Assembly: GCF_001889065.1 (NCBI RefSeq)
Contig: NZ_LWHB01000084.1
Span: forward strand, 3,407-19,406
DNA: 16,000 bases
Direction of reading: 5' to 3'
DNA from: Suttonella ornithocola
Lineage (GTDB): Bacteria > Pseudomonadota > Gammaproteobacteria > Cardiobacteriales > Cardiobacteriaceae
This document shows, piece by piece, positions 9,167 to 16,000 of the stretch. Position numbers and translations under genes: made by a program. Under the pieces are notes generated by a model. The model worked only from the letters and a program-made list of their open reading frames with translations, had not been told where the DNA came from and made no database searches. Within the stretch, counting starts at the first letter, position 1; every line of letters begins with the position of its first letter.

Positions 9167-9757
9167 CTACTTATTTTTAGTTTTATGAATCATTGCTCTA
9201 ATATAGTTATGCTTTAACCATTTACTGGTAAGAAAAACTGCTAATATATGTAAGATAATTAGCACTTCTAATATATTAACCAATAAACCATGTAGTTCAC
9301 TAAAATTATAATGATAAAGCTGATAGTCATAAGCCAAATCAAATATATATTCATTAACTGCTGGAATAATGCTTCCTGTTTCTGTTGTAAGTGCTGCCAT
9401 ATAGCCAGTTCCTGCAATAGCTATAATTAATAACCAAGCAGACCAAATAAACAATAAACCAAAAGCATTATGTCCTATTGTTTTGTGTTCACGATTCCGT
9501 ATTTCCTCAATATGAATTTTCATTCCTAAAATAGTTGGAATCATATCTCTTACTCTTGCAGGAAATTTAGCACCAATGATTCCCCATAATAACCGAATTA
9601 TTACAAGAGAGAAAATAATATAACCTGTTATTTGATGTATGATACTACCGGGGCGCACAATAAAAATATTTATTATGCAGCCTAAAGCAACTAACCAATG
9701 GGTAATTCTAACCAATCTATCCCAAATAAAATTTTTATCATTCACGCTAAGCCTCAT
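9167..9757 (-). CDS. Membrane di-haem cytochrome b561-family protein (PF01292-like)
   Basis: The 196-aa ORF has four predicted transmembrane segments and the family pattern WDRLVRITHW, HQITGY…RLLWGIIG, GHNAFGLL and ELHGLL…LIILHILAV. That gives four conserved His in TM helices, enough to ligate two haems. Confidence 0.75.
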   Translation of the reverse strand: MRLSVNDKNFIWDRLVRITHWLVALGCIINIFIVRPGSIIHQITGYIIFSLVIIRLLWGIIGAKFPARVRDMIPTILGMKIHIEEIRNREHKTIGHNAFGLLFIWSAWLLIIAIAGTGYMAALTTETGSIIPAVNEYIFDLAYDYQLYHYNFSELHGLLVNILEVLIILHILAVFLTSKWLKHNYIRAMIHKTKNK

Positions 9758-9810
9758 TTAGCCATTCAGAAACAAACGTAACTTTGACCTAAAATATTTA
9801 TTTATGTTTA

Positions 9811-9844
9811 AAATAAAAGCCCCAATTATGAAATAAAGGGGCTT
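9811..9844 (-). terminator. Possible intrinsic terminator after the b562-like gene
   Basis: The stem AAGCCCC (9817-9823) pairs with GGGGCTT (9838-9844), followed on the minus strand by TTTTATTTT. The 14-nt loop is large, so it is probably weak or leaky. Confidence 0.4.
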
Positions 9845-9865
9845 CTTTGCTACTAGATATAAAAA

Positions 9866-10459
9866 TTATTTAACATCAAAATATTTATGACCTTGTTTAC
9901 GAGTATCATTCATTTCATTTAACAATACTTGGACACCATCTCTATCATTACTTTCAATTGCAATTTCTAAATCTGCAATTTGTTTGCGTAGAGTTTGCAT
10001 GCCTTGCTGAAATTTTTCTTTATCTTCAGCAGTAAGTTTATTTTTGTCATCTAATCCTAGCGCTTGAGCTTGGCTTGCCCACTTTGCCAATTCTGTTGCT
10101 GGCTCTGCCATAGCAGCAAGACTATCTGCTGACTTAAGCTTTTTGAAATTTTTTCCCATTTGTTTCATTGTATCTTCTAAATCCAATTTATCATCTACTA
10201 TAGTAGGTGCTTGTAATGATTTCACTGGTGATTCAATCATAACGGTTTCAGAAGAAGGTGTAACGCTGATTTCTGTTGCGCTATCCATAACCTTTCCAGC
10301 GCTTACAACATCTGTCGTTTTTTGAACTTCTGTATAAACTTCTGCTTTAATAGTTGAATCTGGGCGAGCTTGCGCAGTATCTATGGTATTATTGGTAGCA
10401 GCAAAACCTATGTTTGCTACTGCCAATGTCACGATTGAAGTTAATAATAATTTTCTCAT
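9866..10459 (-). CDS. cybC: Secreted cytochrome b562-like protein with a roughly 70-residue N-terminal extension
   Basis: The signal peptide is MRKLLLTSIVTLAVANIGFA. Residues about 92-195 are collinear with mature E. coli cytochrome b562: DLEDTM versus DLEDNM (axial Met, codon 10166-10168) and RKQGHKYF versus RNAYHKKY (axial His, codon 9887-9889). GAGAGG lies 5 nt upstream of the ATG. Confidence 0.75.
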   Translation of the reverse strand: MRKLLLTSIVTLAVANIGFAATNNTIDTAQARPDSTIKAEVYTEVQKTTDVVSAGKVMDSATEISVTPSSETVMIESPVKSLQAPTIVDDKLDLEDTMKQMGKNFKKLKSADSLAAMAEPATELAKWASQAQALGLDDKNKLTAEDKEKFQQGMQTLRKQIADLEIAIESNDRDGVQVLLNEMNDTRKQGHKYFDVK

Positions 10460-10488
10460 AATTGCCTCTCTTTATTGTGTGAATGCCT

Positions 10489-10497
10489 AATATAGCA
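10489..10497 (-). promoter_or_regulatory. Candidate extended -10 promoter for the b562-like gene
   Basis: The minus strand reads TGCTATATT about 30 nt upstream of the ATG. The -35 is poor and the context is AT-rich. Confidence 0.25.
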
Positions 10498-10549
10498 ATA
10501 TATTGACTTTATTTATTTAAATTCTTGTAAGTTTTTATTTTATATAACA

Positions 10550-11926
10550 TCAATTGCTTTCAAACTTTTTCCAATCTTCTTTTATTTTTATTTTTGCCCT
10601 AGTCAATGCTAAAGCATTAGGAATAATATCTTTTGTGATAACAGAACCAGCACCAATAGTCACATTATTTCCTAAAGATAAAGGAGCAACCAGTGCAGTA
10701 TTTGAGCCTACAAAAACATTATCTCCAATCATTGTTTTAAACTTATTTTTACCATCATAATTACAAGTAATGGTTCCAGCACCGATATTAACTTTTGAGC
10801 CAACAACTGAATCACCTATATAGCTCAAATGATTAACTTTACTTTCTATTCCAATAGTACTGCCTTTAATTTCAACAAAATTTCCGATTCTAGAATGGCT
10901 ATGTAAAATAGTATTAGGACGTAATCGGGCAAAAGGTCCAACATTAACCGCTTGCTCTACTGTTGTTTTCTCAATAATGCTATAGGCATGAATAACACTA
11001 TCATTTCCAATGGTACAATTTTCTAAAATACTCCCTGCTTCAATAATCACTCTATCGCCAATAATAACTTTACCCTTAAAGAAAACATTAGGTTCAATAA
11101 TAACATCCTTTCCAACTTCTACCTCTCCGTGAATATCACAGCGTAAAGGATCAATAATAGTGACTCCTTTATCTAATAATTTCTTAACTTGTTGTTGACG
11201 GTAAATACGTTCTGCTTCAGCAAGTTGAATCTTATCATTGATACCTATCATTTCATCTACTTCTTTAATAGACACGCTATCCACAGTCTCTCCATTAGCA
11301 CTCAATAAGCCAATAATATCCGTTAAATAATATTCTTTTTGTGCATTTTGGCAACTTATCATTGGAATAAACTTTGCTAACAAATGGTTTTGTATAGCCA
11401 TTACGCCAACATTAATTTCCTTAATACCTTTTTCCATTTCATTGGTATCTTTTTCTTCAATAATGCCAACTATTTCTTTTTGTTCATTTCGAATAATTCT
11501 TCCATAACCGAATGGATTATCAACTGTAGCAGTTAGTAAAGCTGCGCCCTTTTCTTCTGCTACATTGATAAGTTTATTGATTGTATCTAATTGAAGGAAA
11601 GGTCCATCGCCAAAAACAATTAATGTCACGCCATTTGTTTCTAATAATGGAAGCGCTTGTCTAACAGCATGCCCTGTTCCCAATTGCTCTTCTTGAGCTA
11701 CCCAAGAAAGATTTTGATAGTCTTCATTGAGTGCCTCTTGTAAAACATTTCCTTGATAACCATAAATAATAGCAATATCTATATCTTTTACTTGCTGTAA
11801 AGTTTCTAATAGATGCTTTATCATTGCTTTACCACCCAGAGATTGTAAAACTTTGGGTAAATCAGAACGCATTCTTGTTCCTTTACCTGCTGCTAAAACT
11901 AATGCTAATTTATGATTATGTTTCAT
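10550..11926 (-). CDS. glmU: Bifunctional UDP-N-acetylglucosamine diphosphorylase / glucosamine-1-phosphate N-acetyltransferase
   Basis: LAAGKGTRMRSDLPKVL, EQLGTGHAV and the C-terminal left-handed beta-helix hexapeptide repeats are present. The ORF is open from 11938, but GAGG (11936..11933) lies 6 nt before the second ATG (11926) and the first ATG abuts the atp terminator U-tract. I therefore prefer the 458-aa form MKHNHK…. Confidence 0.93.
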   Translation of the reverse strand: MKHNHKLALVLAAGKGTRMRSDLPKVLQSLGGKAMIKHLLETLQQVKDIDIAIIYGYQGNVLQEALNEDYQNLSWVAQEEQLGTGHAVRQALPLLETNGVTLIVFGDGPFLQLDTINKLINVAEEKGAALLTATVDNPFGYGRIIRNEQKEIVGIIEEKDTNEMEKGIKEINVGVMAIQNHLLAKFIPMISCQNAQKEYYLTDIIGLLSANGETVDSVSIKEVDEMIGINDKIQLAEAERIYRQQQVKKLLDKGVTIIDPLRCDIHGEVEVGKDVIIEPNVFFKGKVIIGDRVIIEAGSILENCTIGNDSVIHAYSIIEKTTVEQAVNVGPFARLRPNTILHSHSRIGNFVEIKGSTIGIESKVNHLSYIGDSVVGSKVNIGAGTITCNYDGKNKFKTMIGDNVFVGSNTALVAPLSLGNNVTIGAGSVITKDIIPNALALTRAKIKIKEDWKKFESN

Positions 11927-11937
11927 CTTTAACCTCA

Positions 11938-11965
11938 TAAAAGAAAAGCCGACTATTTGTCGGCT
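11938..11965 (-). terminator. Intrinsic terminator of the atp operon
   Basis: On the minus strand, AGCCGAC, a 5-nt loop, then GTCGGCT (11965..11947), followed by TTTCTTTTA (11946..11938), 34 nt after the atpC stop. Confidence 0.75.
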
Positions 11966-11998
11966 ATAATATTATAAATTGGCTATATTAATTAAGTA

Positions 11999-12415
11999 TT
12001 AATGTTTATTACGGCGAATAGCAGAAATTTGCGCTGTTAGTTGAGCTATTTCCATATGAATACGTATCGCATCAGGACCAGCATCATTAATGCCTTTCAT
12101 CCTAGCAACAGCTCTTTCTTTAGCAGCCTTGATTTCAGCCTCATCTAAATCTTCAGCTCGAATAGCTTCATCAGCCAAAATAATGGTCTGTTTTGGTTGG
12201 ACTTCAATAAATCCTCCAGAAACATAGATAACCTGCTCTTCTCCATTCTCTAATGTCAATCTCACTTGACCTGGTTTGAGCATTGCCATCATTGGACTAT
12301 GTCTTGCCAAGATACCAAGTTCTCCCGTAGTCGCTGTTGCTGCAATTTGTACAACATTGCCTTCATATAAACAGCGGTCTTGGCTCACAACATTAACGGA
12401 AAAAGGCGTTGCCAT
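11999..12415 (-). CDS. atpC: F0F1 ATP synthase epsilon subunit
   Basis: The 138-aa ORF is collinear with E. coli AtpC (VVSQDR…GELGILARHSPMMAMLKPG…VSGGFIEVQP…ILADEAIRAEDLDEA). GGAG precedes the ATG. Confidence 0.95.
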   Translation of the reverse strand: MATPFSVNVVSQDRCLYEGNVVQIAATATTGELGILARHSPMMAMLKPGQVRLTLENGEEQVIYVSGGFIEVQPKQTIILADEAIRAEDLDEAEIKAAKERAVARMKGINDAGPDAIRIHMEIAQLTAQISAIRRNKH

Positions 12416-12424
12416 ATAAACTCC

Positions 12425-13828
<1,404 letters not shown>

Positions 13829-13831
13829 TCA

Positions 13832-14704
13832 TTAAACGGCATCTGCGCCGGCAACAATTTCTGTTAACTCTTGGGTAATCGCCGCTTGGCGAGCTTTGTT
13901 ATATTTCAGTTGTAATTCACTAATTAAATTACCAGCATTATCCGATGCATTTTTCATTGCAATCATTCTAGCTGACATTTCAGAAGCTATATTTTCTAGA
14001 ACAGCTTGCTTTATAGTACTTTCGATATATCTTCTCAATAACTTATCTAGAATAGCTTCAGGACTAGGTTCATAGAGATAATCCCAAGAATGCTCTTTAG
14101 CATGTAGCCCATCATCATGATTAATACTTGCTGGTAATAGCTGTTCTACTCGCGGCTCCTGAGTCATTGCATTAACAAAATAATTAGAAACAATCTTAAC
14201 TTGTTGTACTTCATTATTCTGAAATGCTCTAATCATCGGTAAAGCACCGCCGATAATATGTTGTATCTCAGGCATCTCTGGATAGTTTTCAACTGTAGAA
14301 AGAATTTCTATTCCCACCTGCGTTAGAAAACTAACCCCTTTTCTTCCAAAGACAGAAACTATTATTTTTCGTCCCGCTGCTTGATCTTCTTGAACTTTTT
14401 TTAGAAAAAGTTTAAAAAGATTAATGTTTAAACCGCCGCACAAACCTCTATCTGTACTAACAAGAATATAACCAACTTTCTCAATCTTTTCTGGCTTAAC
14501 AAGAAAAGGATGCTGTGTATGAGAACTGGCATTCATCAAATGCCCAATCACCCTTAAAATATTATCTGTATAAGGTCGGCTAACACGCATGTGTTCTTGA
14601 ACTCGACGAACTTTAGACGCAGCAACCATTTCCATGGCTTTGGTAATTTTTTGAGTATTTTTTACACTTTTTATCTGTCCGCGAATTTCTTTGGCATTAG
14701 ACAT
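13832..14704 (-). CDS. atpG: F0F1 ATP synthase gamma subunit
   Basis: The 290-aa ORF begins MSNAKEIRGQIKSVKNTQKITKAMEMVAASKVRR and ends …ITQELTEIVAGADAV, both typical of AtpG. Confidence 0.96.
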   Translation of the reverse strand: MSNAKEIRGQIKSVKNTQKITKAMEMVAASKVRRVQEHMRVSRPYTDNILRVIGHLMNASSHTQHPFLVKPEKIEKVGYILVSTDRGLCGGLNINLFKLFLKKVQEDQAAGRKIIVSVFGRKGVSFLTQVGIEILSTVENYPEMPEIQHIIGGALPMIRAFQNNEVQQVKIVSNYFVNAMTQEPRVEQLLPASINHDDGLHAKEHSWDYLYEPSPEAILDKLLRRYIESTIKQAVLENIASEMSARMIAMKNASDNAGNLISELQLKYNKARQAAITQELTEIVAGADAV

Positions 14705-14713
14705 AGTCTGTTC

Positions 14714-16000
14714 CTACCATGTTCCTTTTTCTTTGAAGTTATCCAAAGCAGCATGAATATCTTTTTCTATTTCATCGTTATAATCGCCATTTTCATTAAT
14801 ACGATCTAATAAAGGTTGATATTCACTATGCATAAAAGAAAGCATAGCTGCTTCATATTTCATGATATCTTCAATAGCAACATCATCCAAATATCCCTTA
14901 TCAGCAGCAAATAAAGAAATACCCATTTCTGCTGTATTCAAAGGTGAATATTGTTTTTGCTTCATCAATTCAGTAACACGTTGACCATGTTCAAGTTGTT
15001 TTCGGGTAGCTGCATCTAAATCAGAAGCAAATTGCGCAAAAGCTGCAAGTTCTCGATATTGTGCTAAAGCCAAACGAACACCACCACCTAATTTTTTAAT
15101 TATTTTTGTTTGGGCAGCACCCCCAACACGAGAAACTGACAAGCCAGCGTTAATAGCTGGACGAATACCAGAGTTAAATAAATCTGTTTCTAAAAAGATT
15201 TGTCCATCAGTGATAGAAATAACGTTGGTTGGAACAAAGGCTGAAACGTCACCCGCTTGTGTTTCAATAATTGGTAAAGCTGTTAACGATCCTGTTTTGC
15301 CTTTTACTTCTCCATTTGTTAATCGTTCAACTTCATCAGCATTGATGCGAGATGCACGTTCTAATAAGCGAGAATGAAGATAAAACACATCTCCGGGATA
15401 AGCTTCACGACCAGGAGGACGACGCAATAACAAAGAAACTTGCCGATAAGCCCAAGCTTGTTTCGTTAAGTCATCATAAACAATCAAAGCATCTTCACCA
15501 CGGTCACGGAAGAATTCTCCCATCGCACAACCAGCATAAGGTGCAATATACTGCATTGCAGCTGAGTCAGAAGCTGATGCAGCAACAATAATAGTATGCT
15601 TTAATGCATCATGTTCTTCTAATTTACGAACGACTGCTGCAATTGAGGAGGCTTTCTGACCAATAGCAACATAAATACATTTTACGCCAGTATCTTTTTG
15701 GTTAATGATCGCATCAACAGCAATTGCTGTTTTACCAGTCTGACGGTCTCCAATAATCAACTCACGTTGCCCTCGACCTACAGGCACCATAGAGTCAATA
15801 GACTTCAATCCTGTTTGTAAAGGCTGGTCTACTGATTGACGCTCAATAACGCCTGGAGCTATTTTTTCAATAGGTGAAGTAGTATTGGTCTTGACATCGC
15901 CTTTTCCGTCGATAGGTTCACCTAGTGCGTTTACTACTCGTCCTAATAATTCTCTCCCAACAGGAACTTCAAGAATTTTTCCTGTACATTTAACCTTATC
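14714..16000 (-). CDS. atpA: F0F1 ATP synthase alpha subunit, 5' end beyond the window
   Basis: The frame stays open to position 16000, so the track entry 14714..15808 starts at an internal Met. The region upstream of that Met reads [34 protein letters not shown]…[41 protein letters not shown] (Walker A). Confidence 0.96.
   Translation of the reverse strand, partial: DKVKCTGKILEVPVGRELLGRVVNALGEPIDGKGDVKTNTTSPIEKIAPGVIERQSVDQPLQTGLKSIDSMVPVGRGQRELIIGDRQTGKTAIAVDAIINQKDTGVKCIYVAIGQKASSIAAVVRKLEEHDALKHTIIVAASASDSAAMQYIAPYAGCAMGEFFRDRGEDALIVYDDLTKQAWAYRQVSLLLRRPPGREAYPGDVFYLHSRLLERASRINADEVERLTNGEVKGKTGSLTALPIIETQAGDVSAFVPTNVISITDGQIFLETDLFNSGIRPAINAGLSVSRVGGAAQTKIIKKLGGGVRLALAQYRELAAFAQFASDLDAATRKQLEHGQRVTELMKQKQYSPLNTAEMGISLFAADKGYLDDVAIEDIMKYEAAMLSFMHSEYQPLLDRINENGDYNDEIEKDIHAALDNFKEKGTW

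Noticed and set aside
11971-11976. TATAAT on the minus strand as a dedicated glmU promoter
   Set aside because: There is no acceptable -35 or TG extension, and the context is AT-rich so hexamer matches are expected by chance. It is mentioned only as a possibility in the related finding.

Overview
This is an ordinary chromosomal segment that looks gammaproteobacterial and is mostly housekeeping. From left to right it holds: glyS (minus strand, 3' end cut by the window edge, split by a 1-nt frameshift) and glyQ (minus); deoD (plus); prmA (minus); purF (plus); a markedly AT-rich block with three tandem paralogous family-3 periplasmic solute-binding protein (SBP) genes, the first decayed, with no ABC permease or ATPase in the window; and rsmJ (plus). 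The minus strand then carries a membrane di-haem cytochrome b561-family gene, a secreted cytochrome b562-like gene with a long N-terminal extension, glmU, and the distal atp operon (atpC, atpD, atpG, and atpA cut by the window edge). I found no rRNA, tRNA, CRISPR array, transposase, integrase or recognisable defence genes. I see no compelling evidence for a novel multi-gene system. The observations most worth a second look are: (1) the adjacent b562-like and b561-like cytochrome pair sitting where glmS follows glmU in E. coli; (2) the orphan SBP triplet with one decaying copy; (3) frame-disrupting lesions at short A-runs in glyS and in SBP copy 1, which may be homopolymer sequencing errors; and (4) the atp operon terminator directly abutting the glmU start. 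All product calls rest on my own recognition of the translated ORFs against well-known E. coli homologues. No database search was run.
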